DNA of 64,000 nucleotides from Squalus acanthias (taxonomy: Eukaryota). Position 1 is the first letter of the stretch, and each line of letters begins with the position of its first letter. The DNA lies in contig CM059433.1 in the NCBI GenBank assembly GCA_030390025.1, forward strand, positions 11,658,001 through 11,722,000, read 5' to 3'. Under the pieces are notes generated by a model. It did not search any database. It was not told where the DNA came from and was given only the letters and a program-made list of their open reading frames with translations. Shown here piece after piece: positions 34,981 to 48,249 of this stretch. The position numbers and the translations under genes were made by a program.

Positions 34981-36635
34981 AGGGGGAAAGAGGACAGACT
35001 GGGGAATGGTGTAGTGTTGGCATTGGGCCCAGTCTTTCCTGCAGAGCCGGGAGCAGCAACCACAGCAGCAACATATTGTGTTGAAGTGGTGCCGAGAGAG
35101 AAGCAGCCAGTAAAGGGTTCAGTGAAATTTGTGGACCTTATTGTGGGTAAATAGTGAAAGGTTGTTTCCACTGTAAGATACCCTAGTCATGTATATGTGG
35201 GGTTAGGATTTGGTTTAATCTCATATGATTAAGTTTTTTGCTTTCTGTTTAATTATAGATGGCATGTGGATTTGTACTGTGGCTGGAAATAATGAAATGG
35301 TTACAGTTGTTCATTTCCAGGATGCTTTAGGATTTAATGTGTCAGGGAACAATTTAGCTGACTACGCTATATAGCTCTGCTGAAAGTGCAGGATGTGCGA
35401 TTCGTACCTGCTGACGTCTTTTTTCGCCACATTGTGAAACGAGATAGCCAAGACAGTCTTGAGATAAGGAAAGCGACAGTGGGCCAAGATGATAAACAAG
35501 TTGGCAACTGGTGTTTTGTAGGAACTACCTCATTTCTGGGGTTCTTGTTCACAATAACTGTTATCAGGATATAATGGATCATCTAGGACAGTGTGCGTGA
35601 CTAGAGACCTATAAAGATCTTGAGTTTGCCTTAACAATTTATAGAGTGTGTCAGGATCAAAAGGATCTACCCAGAGGAAAAACAAGTTAATTGCGTTTAT
35701 TTCTCTGTATGTCTACTGCTTAGAGACATTGCATGTGTCAAAGACTTGCTCGAACACAATAAGTGGATTACGTTGCAACCATATTTGGTGTCAGATTCGA
35801 AAGGTCCGCTGATGGGTGAATGGGGAACAAGGGAGTGAAGACTGAGGATTCTCACAGTGCGCAAGCTGCAATATATGGAGGAGTGAGATGCAGGAGAGCC
35901 GGCAGCGGCCCACAGTAGTGCTGTGGAGCTGGGAGGAGCACTCCTGCTCTTCCACGCTTCACGGAAGGGGAAATAAACTTCCCTTACTATTTCCTCAGCG
36001 GCCCCTTTAAGGACCGCTGTTTAGGCCACTGTAGAAATGGCAAAACTAGTCGGAGCTTGCACAGCACATGCTCTACGTAGTTTTTCACACATTTTGCAGA
36101 AAGGTCCTGAAACAGGGTGCAGGACCCTTCTTTGCCTATTTTAATTGATTCAGGCAGACAATAAGTACGCCTAAATACCGAGGACCAATATGGCCATGCC
36201 GCTGGCGCAGATTAGGTGCAGAATTTTGTGCCAGAAATTGGTGTACATTGCACCTGTTTTATGCCCAAAGAATGGACAAAACACATGCCAATTTCTACCC
36301 CAGAGTGTCCAAATAACTTTTGCTGAATGTTGCCCATGCCAAGTGCCCAGATGCCGGATCAGGCCCAGCACGTAAATTGAGTTTGACACCCCAGCCCTAA
36401 TGGGTAGGCTGGACCTAGCAAGACAAGTGTTTAATGGTAAGCTTCATAGTTTTAGCTAATTAAACTTCAGCAGCTCCCCAGCAACACTGGGGAGCCTTTA
36501 AGCCTGAGCTTTGCCAGCCCGCACCTAAGCTTCCTGGATTTAGAACAGGTGGGGTTTCCCCATTAGTTCTGCTATTTACCCAACAGGCGCACTGGACAGC
36601 ACAATAAGCGTGTAACAAACTCTTTTGTGCATTAT

Positions 36636-37515
36636 TAGAAACATAGAAACATAGAAAAATAGGAGCAGGAGTAGGCCATTTGGCCATTCGAGCCTGCTCC
36701 GCCATTCAATATGATCATGGCTGATCCTCTATCTCAATACCATATTCCCGCTCTCTCCCCATACCCCTTGATGCCTTTTGTGTCTAGAAATCTATCTATC
36801 TCCTTCATAAATGTGCGGGTTAGGTTGATTTGGCTATGATAAATTGACCCTTAGTGTTAGGGGGGGATTAAATATGTGGGGTTATGGGGATAGGATGGGA
36901 TATGTTAGGGGGAATTAAATACGTGGGGTTACGGGGGTAGGGTGGGATATGTGTACTGTGGGGATTAAAGCAGGGACAGGGTACTGGATTTGGATGATCA
37001 GCCATGATCGTATTGAATGGTGGAGCAGGCTCGATGGGCCGAATGGCCTACTCCTGCTCCTAGATTCTATGTTTCTATGTTTCTATAAATATATTCAGTG
37101 ACTTGGCCTCCACAGCCTTCTGGGGTAGAGAATTCCACAGGTTCACCACCCTCTGAGTGAAGAAATTTCTCCTCATCTCAGTCCTAAATGTCCTACCTCC
37201 ATATCCTGAGACTGTGACCCCTCGTTCTAGACCCCCCAGCCAGGGGAAACATCCTCCCTGCATCCAGTCTGTCTAGCCCTGTCAGAATTTTATACGTTTC
37301 AATGAGATCCCCTCTCATTCTTCTAAACTCTAGTGAATGCAGGCCTAGTCGACCCAATCTCTCCTCATACGACAGTCCTGCCATCCCAGGAATCAGTCTG
37401 GTGAACCTTCACTGCACTCCCTCCATGGCAAGTATATCCTTTCTTAGGTAAGGAGACCAAAACTGCACACAGTACTCCAGGTGTGGTCTCACCAAGGCCC
37501 TGTATAACTGTAGTA
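36636..37515 (-). mobile_element. CR1 (HER1-like) 3' fragment, interrupted by a SINE
   Basis: ORFs 37193-37384 and 37075-37263 carry the CR1 C-terminus; (CATAGAAA)n tail at ~36640. Confidence 0.88.
36813..37084 (+). mobile_element. 5'-truncated HE1-like V-SINE with CR1 tail
   Basis: GTGCGGGTTAGGTTGATTTGGCTATGATAAATTGACCC resembles the V-SINE core; CR1 tail ends (TTTCTATG)n; ATAAAT direct repeats at 36807 and 37085. Confidence 0.65.
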
Positions 37516-38965
37516 CATTTGCTCCTGAGATAATGGACCCTCAATGTGTTTGGTCGACTGCCTGGGGAATGTATAGGTCGTTAGGCTCATCATTTTGGCT
37601 TATACATCACAGACAAAATAGTCCTGTGCCACCAATGCAGCAGTCCACTTCTCCCTTTCCCTCCACAGATGCTGGCGTAGTTCCCGCCAGTAATCAGCAC
37701 CTCTGCCTCAAACACGGGGAGCTGAATGTTGCTCGGCTGCTGCGCCCCAATCTTAAATCATTAACGCGCCCCGTGTGTTACTTCTGAATTTTTAATTCAA
37801 AGTTATGGAAGGTCATCCTGAGAACATCCAGACTTACCACTTGCTTCATCTAGGGTCTGGAACAAGGGACGCTGTCCTCATTTGTTGTCTTTATAACCAT
37901 CTGAAAACGACATAAGCGCACAGAGTCATTTTAATAACCATGCTTGTAAAAGCATGACGTGAATTAATACATGCATTTTGTGATAAGTGAGTTCATCTTT
38001 TTCTAGTGAGAGCCTAATGCACTGAAGTTCTTAATTCAGCAATAAACACACTAACGCTAACTTCTACTAATGTGATTAATGGTGGACCAAAATCTGAGGC
38101 GGTTACCAAAGAAGCAGTGGTGGCCAGATGTTTATAAAACTAGAAGAATCATTTTACTCGATCTAGATAACTTATCTGTGTAAGCTTTGTGTTATTTGTT
38201 CATTTATTGGCATGTAAAATCTAAGGAAGAATAAAGCACAGCAGAAATGCAGCACTAAATAGCTGGCGCACTTGCCTAAAGTGAATAATATTGTTTAATT
38301 TCAAGCTTGTTAATCCAGTCTGTGTGTTGAATCAGTCTTTGTGTATGAATACTCAAGTGCAACTTTTTCATTCAGAACTAATTTCATGGGGTATTGCGAG
38401 TACATTTTAAACAGATTAATGTGTATCATTGAGGTCTATAAACTGACTCAAATCAATAGCAGGTTTCACAGAATAGGGAGTTCTTTTTTTGTATGTCTGT
38501 ATTTTATTTGCTGAATGTCTACTGAAATCTAAATAAACTGCCTGACGTGAATCTTGTCATTCATGTATGAAGTAATACTGGGTCGGCCTGCTGGTGGCGC
38601 TGTCCAGGGAGAGTATAAATATTCAGGCATGGGCCCAGCTTGCTTAGGACATTCCTCAACAGGAACTAGTGAAGGACACAACTGGATCTCCATGTTGAAA
38701 AACAGTTGATTAAAGCTTTGTTTAACGCTTAGACCAAGTGCCTAGTAGTTTTCTTACGTCACTGCCATCTCATTTTTTTAGAAATTACTAAATCTTACCA
38801 AGTCTGTGCACCTGAAAGACCTACCCTTGGACTTCGCTGACCTCCTGAAATGAAATCCAAACAGTTTTCTGAATTTCTCCTGTCCCCTTGGTGCCTGGAA
38901 TGTAAACCACGGTCTTTCAGCCAATTCTTCTAATTTCCTTAACCTATAGCACAACTAGAGCTACT

Positions 38966-39173
38966 GTTATAAAATAACAACAGCAAATGCTGGAAACACT
39001 CAGCAGGCCAGGCAGCATCCGTGGAGAGAGAAACAGAGTTAGCGTCTCGGGTCGACCTGAAACGTTGACTCTGTTTCTCTCTCTCCACGGATGCTGCCTG
39101 GCCTGCTGAGTGTTTCCAGCATTTGCTGTTGTTATTTCAGATTTCCAGCATCCGCAGTATTTTGCTATCGTAT
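38966..39173. mobile_element. Foldback (head-to-head) Penelope pLTR fragment
   Basis: ~80-bp near-perfect arms (38972-39137) centred on GGTCGACC; flanked by TAGAGCTACT (38956-38965, 39174-39183). Confidence 0.85.
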
Positions 39174-40465
39174 TAGAGCTACTAATAACTGGCCCAACCA
39201 CTTGAACGTGAATGTTTTGCCAACCAAAACTAAACAGAGGCGTTTATCCCTCTTCATGGGGTTACCTCTGCAACGTTCTGAACCCAAGGCAATTCGCAGC
39301 CAGCTCCCGCAACACCATTTTTCATTCTGCTGCTTGTAAAACTTTTAGAGCGCAAAGTTGGGAGGAAAAAAACCTTTGGAAGATTTTTTTATTTGGTGAA
39401 TTTTGTACCCGATATGTAGGGCAGCAACTTTTTGGCTTCAAGGAAAAGGGGGGGACATATCACAGGGCTAAACCAATATGGGTAATTAGTTACTTTTTTT
39501 TCTAGGGGTGACTTAGTTCTCTATTTGTTTTATATAATTGGCCAGGAATAATGCTAGTTTTCAATTATACATTTTTTCACATTATTGTTAACTATATAAA
39601 ACAGAGCTTACTCAAACCTGTACAGGTTTACCTGCAGCATGTAGTTAACAGGAAGTTACGGAGCATATGCCCAGTACCACACCATTACTTCAAAGACAGT
39701 TGTAACTTCACCCACAAACTTGATGGGGGAAGGTGCTTAGGCTGAGGGTGAAGCAGAACTCACCAGGAACTGAGAAAAGTAACAACAAAAAATAGACAAC
39801 TCGTGTCCAGTCTAAGAACAGATTGATGCCAATGATACCAACAAACAGAAGCAGGTGCATCTCAGGTTCAGTCTCTGGGATGTGCGGAACTAGCTATTCT
39901 CAGCTGGGACAGAAATGGGATCACTCTCTTGGACTCAGTGCTCCAGCCTTGAGAGGAGAAAAAAAATCAGCCAGGGATCCTGCTCTTGATCATTTTCCCA
40001 TCTGGAAGGTACACTTGTGTGGAGATCAGAAGAGAGCAGGATCGGGCTTAGCTGTCGTTCCCCCCGTGGTTGAATTGCTTACCAGCTCTCACTGTGAGGA
40101 ATCATACAGGTAAATTGACCACTTGGGTGAGGTACTGGCTAGTGTTATTGGACCTGCAGCCCAACACAAATCAGCACTTTCAGGTGAGCCAAGGAGAAAA
40201 CTGAACAACAAAAAAAAGTAAAGAGGAAGTGGACATGTTACAGAGGGATTCCTCTTTGACTGGCATCATTGCAATTTGTACATTGACTGTTTGACTCAAC
40301 AAATGGACTACTCCACAGTGGAACCTTCAATTGTCATCATTTTAACAAAGACATTTCCAAGTGGGGAAGGGTATTATGTGGTCACATATAGGGATAAATA
40401 CTTTACATTCACAGTACTTAGTCATAGGATTACCTCGCCTTAAGAGCAAAATATGACTGTTTGAT

Positions 40466-41627
40466 TAGAAACATAGAAAATAGGTACAGGAGTAGACCAT
40501 TCGGTCCTTCGAGCCTGCACCGCCATTCAATGCGTTCATGGCTGAACATGCTACCTCAGTACCCCATTCCTGCTTTCTCGCCATACCCCTTGATCCCCTT
40601 AGTTGTGAGTGTTATATCTAACTCCCTTTTGAATATATTTAGCGAACTGGCCTCAACAACCTTCTGTGGAAGAGAATTCCATAGATTCACCACTCTCTGG
40701 GTGAAGAAGTTCCTCCTCAGCTCAGTCCTAAATGGCTTCCCCTTAATCCTTAGACTGTGACCCCTGGTTCTAGTTTTCCCTACCATTGGGAACATTCTGC
40801 CCGCATCTAATTTGTCTAAACCAGTCAGGATTTTAAATGTCTCTATAAGATCCCCCCTCATTCTTCTGAACTCCAGAGGATACAAGTTCAGTTGACCCAA
40901 TCTTTCTTGATATGTCAGTCCGGCCATCCCAGGAATCAATCTAGTGAACCTTCGCTGCACTCCCTCAATAGCAAGAATGTCCTTCCTTAAGTTAGGAGAC
41001 CAAAACTGCGCACAATACTCCAGGTGTGGCCTCACCAAGGCCCTGTACAACTGTAGCATCACCTCCCTACTCCTGTACTCAAATCCCCTTGCTATGAAGG
41101 CCATCATTCCGTTTGCTTTCTTGACTGCCTGCTGCACTTGCATTCCCACCTTCAGTGACTGATGTACCATGACGCCCAGGTCTCGTTGCACCTCCCCTTT
41201 CCCTAATCTGCCACCATTCAGGTAATAGTCCGCCTCTCTATTTTTACCACCAAAGTGGATAACCTCACATTTATCCACATTGTACTTCATCTGCCATACA
41301 TTTGCCCATTCACCCAACCTGTCCAAGTCACTCTGTAGCCTCCTAGCATCCTCCTCATTGTTCACACTGCCTCCCAATTTAGTGTCATCCGCAAATTTGG
41401 AGATATTACATTTAATCCCTTCGTCCAAATCATTAATATATAATGTAAACAGCTGGGGTCCCAGCACCGAACCCTGCGGTACCCCGCTGGTCACTGCCTG
41501 CCATTCTGAAAAGTACCCATTTACTCCTACTCTTTGTTTCCTGTGTGCCAACCAGTTCTCAATCCACGTCAACACATTACCCCCAATCCCATGTGCTTTA
41601 ACTTTGCTCACCAATCTCTTGTGTGGG
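40466..41627 (-). mobile_element. CR1 (HER1-like) RT 3' fragment with open frame
   Basis: ORF 40556-41689 has GVPQGSVLGP, KFADD, RPHLEYC and no internal stops; 3' tail at 40466. Confidence 0.92.
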
Positions 41628-42061
41628 ATAATGCATTGAAAGAAAGGAGATCTATAGCATGTTACCTTAGCTTTTGTTATGAATATCAACTGAAAATTAT
41701 ATCAGTTCTATCCTGTTACATCCCAACTGCAGATTCCTCACATTCTCCTTTAGACATGAAGGTCAGATCTACCCTTCGGTGAAGGTGAGATAGGTAAGGC
41801 CAGGTTTAACCGTACAGGATTGGACCACTGACAATTTCTCTTGCTTCCCCACACCCTAAAGATGGGGTACTCCACGATCACCAAGGTCTCTATCTTGAAG
41901 CCCAACCAAGAACTACAAGTTAATATTACATACACAGGCCTGAATGTTAAAGGTTCCAAAGGTTGTCCAATTGCAAGTACAATTCACACTTGTGATGGGA
42001 ATTTGCTTCAGAAAGCCACCAGACACTTTTTTTAGTTTGCTCACAAGTATTCTTTGTGAAA

Positions 42062-42586
42062 GAATACTTCTCAACGTAAGCTCGAGGAACAGCACCTCAT
42101 CTTTCGATTAGGCACTTTACAGCCTTCTGGACTCAACATCGAGTTCAACAATTTCAGACCAGAAACTCTGCCCCTATCATTTTTTTTCTCTCTCTCACAT
42201 GGCAGCTGTCGATCATTCTGCTATCGCCATTTACACTTCGTCTAGAGTCGTCTTTTGTTTCTTAACTTGTCCCATTACCATCTCCTTTTGCCTTGCACCA
42301 TCATCCCTTTTGTCTTTTAATCTCTCCTGCCTTCCATCCTATCACAGACTTTCCCTTTTGTTCTTTCCTCCCCTCCCCCCTCTCCCTGCCCCTCCCCTCT
42401 TTCCCTGTCCCTACACTTGCTTAAAAACCTGTTCCATCTCCAACTTTTTCCAGTTCTGACGAAGGGTCATCGACCTGAAACGTTAACTCTTGTTTCTCTC
42501 TCCACAGATGCTGCCTGACCCGCTGAGTGTTTCCAGCATTTTCTGTTTTCATTTCAGATTTCCAGCATCTGCAGTATTTTGCTTTT
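42062..42586 (+). mobile_element. Penelope-like 3' fragment with pLTR
   Basis: Matches ~16990-17489; hammerhead motif at 42452-42488; 15-bp TSD GTATTCTTTGTGAAA (42047, 42587). Confidence 0.87.
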
Positions 42587-42849
42587 GTATTCTTTGTGAA
42601 AATCGTTCTCACGCAAATAACATTGACTTTCTAAGGGATAAATCCCACAGGTTTAAAAGTGCTCGGAATTAGAGGAATTCACTCTATTCCTTGCCTCATA
42701 ACAAAATTCTATAATTAATTTTGCAAAATATGCAAATATTTGCATATTTGAAAACAACGGCGAGGAAAAATTGATCCGTACCAAATTGCAACAACCATGC
42801 TAATCATAAATGGCCTTGGGTCTCCAAAATTTACTTTGAAAATTCTGTT

Positions 42850-44558
42850 CACTTAAACAGCTACCTATTTCAACCTCCCATCCAAGCATACTCCATCCTT
42901 ACCTCTGATCCCAAGCGTGAAGAGCTCATGGATTTCCTTATTCCCAAAATTAAGACTATCTGCTCAGCAGTCTGAGCCTTCGCTTGCTCCACTGCTTCCT
43001 CTTTACCACACCCTGCACCTTCCTGCATCAGCCCTAGACTCCAGCCCCACAATACTTTGTAGCTTTTCCCTCATCTCCCTTGCTGCTCTCACCAGATTCA
43101 GCTCCATGAGACTCGCCACTTGCTCCTTTGACCCTTTCCCAACTCAGCTCCTAATCACTCAACCAACTCTCCTTGCCTTGGGCTCATTGGCTTTATTAAC
43201 AGCTCCCTTTCCTCGAACATTGTCCTTCCACCTTCCAAAGCTGCTGCTCCCACCCACTCTGCTTAAAAAGCTCCCCCAGAACCCTCTACCCTCGCCAACT
43301 AACCATCTATTGCTCTCTAAAATTCTCAAAAAAATCATTCCCATCTAACTTGGCATCGACTTCTCCCATCACTCCCGGTTTAAATCTCTTCATTCTGATT
43401 TCCATCTAGCCCACCGCACCATGGTCAAGACACCAATGTTATCATGGGCCTCTCAGCAGCTTTCAACCCCATCAACCACTCCATCCATGACACTGGGGTT
43501 CCTAGCCAAGCTTAGTCAGCACATCTCTTGCAATGGACTTCTTCTCCCAAGCCCGTACAGTGTGGCCCAACATTGTACGGGCTTGGCCTCATCCTGTTCT
43601 TCATATGCACGCTGACTCTTGGCAACATCATCTACAAGGATGGTTTCAGCTTCCATACGTGCACTGAAAATACCTAGCTTTACCTCTCTGCCACGACCCT
43701 ACAGTCCACAACTTTTGCTGTACTGTCTGACCGGCTGTTTGACATCATGTTGTGGATGAGCCAGAACTTGCTCCAACACAAGCATTCTTTTGATTCTTAC
43801 CGTATATTTTTTACCATATATTTTATACCTTAGCCCTCAGTTCCATCCTCCTTCCAACATGCACACTCAGGCTGAACCCGATTGTGGATAACTTTCATGT
43901 CCTGTTTGACTCCGATATGAGCTTCAAGCCTCAGATCTGGTCTATCGCCAAGAATACTTACTCTCACCTTTGCAGCATAGGCCACTTGACCTTTCTTCTG
44001 CTGAAACCCTCATCCACAATTTTGTTGTCTCCAGGATTGGCTTTTCTGACTGTTTCCTAATTGACCTCACAAGTTCCACCACACAAACTCCAACTGAACT
44101 CTACCATCCATATCCTTTCTCCTATTAAGTCCTGCTCAATTATCGTTCCTATCCTCACAGCCCTCTACTGGCTCCCCATCCTCCAGTGAATTGATTTCAA
44201 AATTCTCATCCTTACCTATAAATCCCTGCAATGTCCGACTGCTACCCTACTTGTGCAACCTTCTCCAATCCATGTCCAAGCTCACATCTTGCACTCTTCT
44301 GATTCTAGCTTATTGTGCGCACATTCCTCCCTCCACTTCACTGTGGGTAGCGGAGCCTCAGTCATCATACCCAAGCAATCTGAACCTCCCTTCCCAAAGC
44401 CCACCACCTTGCCACATCTCTCTCCACTTTGAAGGCCTACTTCCTCAACTGCACCATCAGTCACCTCGCAAACTCCTGCTCAGTTCCTCTTTGTAAAACA
44501 CTTTATAACAATTCATTACATCAAAGGCACTACATAAGTGCACATTGATGTTGCTGTT
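42850..44558 (+). mobile_element. Old degenerate L2 LINE
   Basis: Colinear decayed similarity to the L2 at 11314-13200 (e.g. MRLATCSFDPFPT); L2-like tail at ~44524. Confidence 0.7.
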
Positions 44559-44862
44559 CTTATTATTATTCACATGATTATTATTCACATGCTAGAGGTA
44601 AAATGTAATAGGAGCTAAACGTTTTCATAATAACTGGGTACTGCTAACTGTTGTTCATTGACCAATAAGTCAAGAGCATAGATTTTGCAATCATACAACT
44701 GTTTGAAGAAAAAGAATAACAATGTTTTTAATGGGCAACAATATTCCATTCGTATAAATATGAGCCAATTTTCTGTCTCAACAGTTATACAAAAAAAATA
44801 TTTTGGAGGTGTGCATTCCTGTTCAGGTAGTTTTATATATATATAGCAGTTGAGAATACAAT

Positions 44863-45052
44863 AGCCTGGAAATTATGTTGTGCAATATTATTGTAAAAAT
44901 GCTTAAAGCCCTTGTATCAAACACCCCTCCATGCTACTTTAACAGAGGCATTAATATTTTATTTTAATGGTTCTATTAAAATAGCAGACAGAGGACTTTG
45001 ATGCAACAGCGTTAAGCATTCGTACAATATCACACAATGTGATTTCCAGGCC
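44863..45052. mobile_element. Harbinger-type MITE with long imperfect TIRs
   Basis: AGCCTGGAAAT...ATTTCCAGGCC, ~55-bp arms; TSD AAT/AAT. Confidence 0.72.
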
Positions 45053-45974
45053 AATATTATAAATATGAAAGAGATCCTATTGGAGAAGATAAATATATAT
45101 TTTTAACAGATTTTGCGTGTTGTTTGCACACTGGAAACACGCGCCAGTAACCAGACGGCTCGACCGAAATTGGGCCTCGAGCCTCATCAGCGTATTTTCA
45201 GTGAGCCGCGATTCCCAATTGGGTATCCAGAGGGAGCTCGTCGGTTTGAAGTGGACCAATTTGAGCCGGCTGGCCTCACCGATAATGACCCTCAGGTAAG
45301 TCCTGGGGTGGGGAACGGGAGCGGGTGTCGCGCAGGCCAGAGCAACCCGCAGGAGTGCTGTGGAACTGGAGGAGCACGCCTACTCCTCCTGGCTCCATAT
45401 GATGCTCATTTTGAAAGAAAACACTTACCTTTTAGTGCTTCTTGCCCTCGGTCTGTGCCCAAACATTGGGCACAGTGGGGTCCAATTTCTCTCCAAATGT
45501 TCTTCCTTCCAACCAAATGTACTGAGGTAAATTTCCCAAGGCCCCACAAAGGGTGGTGGCCAACTGCATGGGTCGAAAAATCAGGCCTTTCGTGGTGCAT
45601 GCAGCATTCTTCCCACATCCAAGTCTAATGTCAATTTTCAACATAAAAAATGCCTTCCTGCAAGTTGCCAAACTGTTGCTTACATAGTAAAATGATGTAA
45701 ATCTAGTCACACACTGGATGAGCTCCACCCACAGTGAGATGCTCGCCCATATAAAATGGACATATCGCTTTGAAAGTGCCTTGGCCTGCTTTGTCTTAAT
45801 GTTGGCTTGCTACAGTTTAGATTGTTGCGATTTATCTAGCTGATCCTTTTAGCCTAATTGCATTGGCATCTTGTACATTTGTGAAGGCTCCATTTTTGGT
45901 CATTTTGGCAGGAGGAGTCAACTTCTACAATCCCGGTCGTTACTGCTGCTGCCTCAAGTGCGGCCAAGCAAGGT

Positions 45975-47060
45975 GGGGGGATAGGGATCGCTTTGGGGAT
46001 TTCAGTTGCACTCCATGACCTGGATGAAGAGCAATTGATGAGGGCCCACCATCCTCAAGGGGAAAGGCACCTCAGAGATTGCATTCACTCTAACCGGTAC
46101 CTCAAGAACTGAGTATACAGACATGAGCAGTTTAACCTGGGGATGTCTGAGGAGACCTGTTTTTATCGTCTCCACTTCAACACAGAGGCAGTGACTGACT
46201 TATGCCAGCTACTGCAGGCTGATGTGCCAATGATCCCCAAGAATGCAACAGTACTATCCAGAGCCGTGAAGGTGGTAGTTGCCTTTTTATACCACGGGAT
46301 CCTTCCAGGTCACAAAAAGGAACGGCAGCCAAATCAGATGGATTAGCGTTTTTTAAATTTGTTTTTATGGGATGTGGGCGTCGCTGGCAAGGCCAGCATT
46401 TATTGCCCATCCCTAATTGCCCTTGAGAAGGTGGTGGTGAGCCGCCTTCTTGAACCGCTGCAGTCCGTGTGGTGAAGGTACTCCTACAGTGCTGTTAGGG
46501 AGGGAGTGTCAGGATTTTGACCCAGCGACAATGAAGGAACGGCTATATACTTCCAAGTCAGGATGATGTGTGACTTGGAGGTGGTGGTGTTCCCATGCGC
46601 CTGCTGCCCTTGTCCTTCTAGGTGGAAGAGGTCGCGGGTTTGGGAGGTGCTGCCGAAGAAGCTGTACACAGATGCATCAGTGACGGATGTCATGTTTGCC
46701 AGGAGTAGTACTTGTATCATTTTCCAAGGGAAAAGAACCCAGCAGCTCGCGAGGGCTCAGAACTTCTTCAAACTGGCGGAGTTTCCTCAAGTGCAGGGTG
46801 TTATTGATGGAACCCATGTGGCCATCAGCCATCCACATGAGAACCCCAAGGTTTTCATGAACAGGAACACCTTTCACTTTATAAATGCCATCTAAAGTGA
46901 TTAGTGACCACAGAAATATAACTTTGCATAAAAATGCCCAGTTCCCAGGGAGCAGCCATGGCTCATTTACTCTACGTCAGTCCACCATGCTGAAATTATT
47001 TGAGGGGCTCCACTGAATGACTAGTTGCCTTTTTTTTGACCAGAGCTACCCTTTACAGTT
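45975..47060 (+). pseudogene. Degenerate Harbinger transposase
   Basis: MSEETCFYRLHFNTEAVTDLCQLLQ, FPQVQGVIDGTHVAI, FPGSSH; stops and frameshifts; interrupted by a LINE. Confidence 0.85.
46350..46662 (-). mobile_element. 3' end of the second CR1-group LINE family, inserted in the transposase
   Basis: Matches ~5645-5957. Confidence 0.85.
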
Positions 47061-47150
47061 TTAACCAATAACACTAATCTGGCACTTACCACCCCCCCCC
47101 CCCCCACCACCGCCCCACCACCGCCTCCCCCACCCCCACCCCACCCGCCC

Positions 47151-47191
47151 CACACACACACACACACGCACACACACAGACACACACACAC
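47151..47191. repeat. (CA)n microsatellite preceded by a C-rich tract
   Basis: Directly visible. Confidence 0.9.
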
Positions 47192-47457
47192 AGCAACAAA
47201 GCGGTAATACAATCTGCATTCACCAACTTTTGGCACTGTGCAGCTGTAGATCGACAATGAAAGCGCACACATTCCAAGCACTCAAACTGATCTTCCCTGG
47301 TTCTGTACCATACTATCAGTAAGAACTTTTCAATCCCACACCCTAAAAAGAACACTACATGCAACAGGAAATTATATGCAGTTATTTCTGTCTCTCCACA
47401 TACTCCTATGTTCTCTAATCTCAACACCCATGTTTTCCCTGGATTTTATCATACAAT

Positions 47458-48224
47458 GGGCCAAAAATTCGGCACTTGCCGGGTGAGTACGCACTGTGCA
47501 CTCACCCGTAAGGCCTCCTGAAGTGCCGGCTTCCTGCATGCACTGCACATGCGCGGGAAACCGGAACTTCCGGTCTCGTGAAGGGAGCGGTTCAGAGGTG
47601 AACCACGTGCGCGGTAGAGGCTGCGCGCACGCAGCGAACTTAGGTTTTTTTTCAGGTTTCTCCGGGAAGGTAAGTATTGAAGAAGCTGCGCTTTTAAAAA
47701 GGAGGCGCAGGACCCGTTTTCAACAAGGTAAGTGGTTAATTAATTACAATTTTAAAAAATTTTCAACAGGTTTATCTTTTTTAGATACTTTAAAGAAAGG
47801 TAAGTTTATTTTTAGCACTGTTAAAAAGTATTTTAATTTTTTCAAAAATTAAAATTTTTGTTTAAAGTAGTTAATTTATTTAACTTATAGTTATTTTAAA
47901 AATGTGATTTTTTTTTTTTTAATTTATTTGCAGTTTAGGTGTTGTTTTGGGGCCAATTTCAATTCATAGATTTGACAGGTCTCCTGTCAAATCTATGAAT
48001 GAAAGATGGTCTGCTGCCATTGGCTCTCCATGGCCCACGTGATCCCAGGGGACGCATCGCACTAACTACGCCCCTGGGACACGCAAGCACTGCGCGCCGG
48101 CAGTTGGGGCAGGCCCAGGAGCTGAAGTCCCCGTGGGCCCAGAGGTCAACGGCAGGCACGGTGCAGGTAGGTGCATGCGGGATCCTTGCACCCGCGGGAA
48201 GCCAGGGAGCCAAATTTCTGGGCC
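47458..48224. mobile_element. Palindrome-rich MITE family, diverged copy 3
   Basis: TIR GGGCCAAAAATT...AATTTCTGGGCC; flanks AAT and ATT; colinear with 6849-7592. Confidence 0.85.
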
Positions 48225-48249
48225 ATTATGTTTATCCTATTCCTTAACC

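Noticed and set aside
39800..40200. Possible ancient SINE
   Set aside because: Too decayed to assign boundaries or family by eye.
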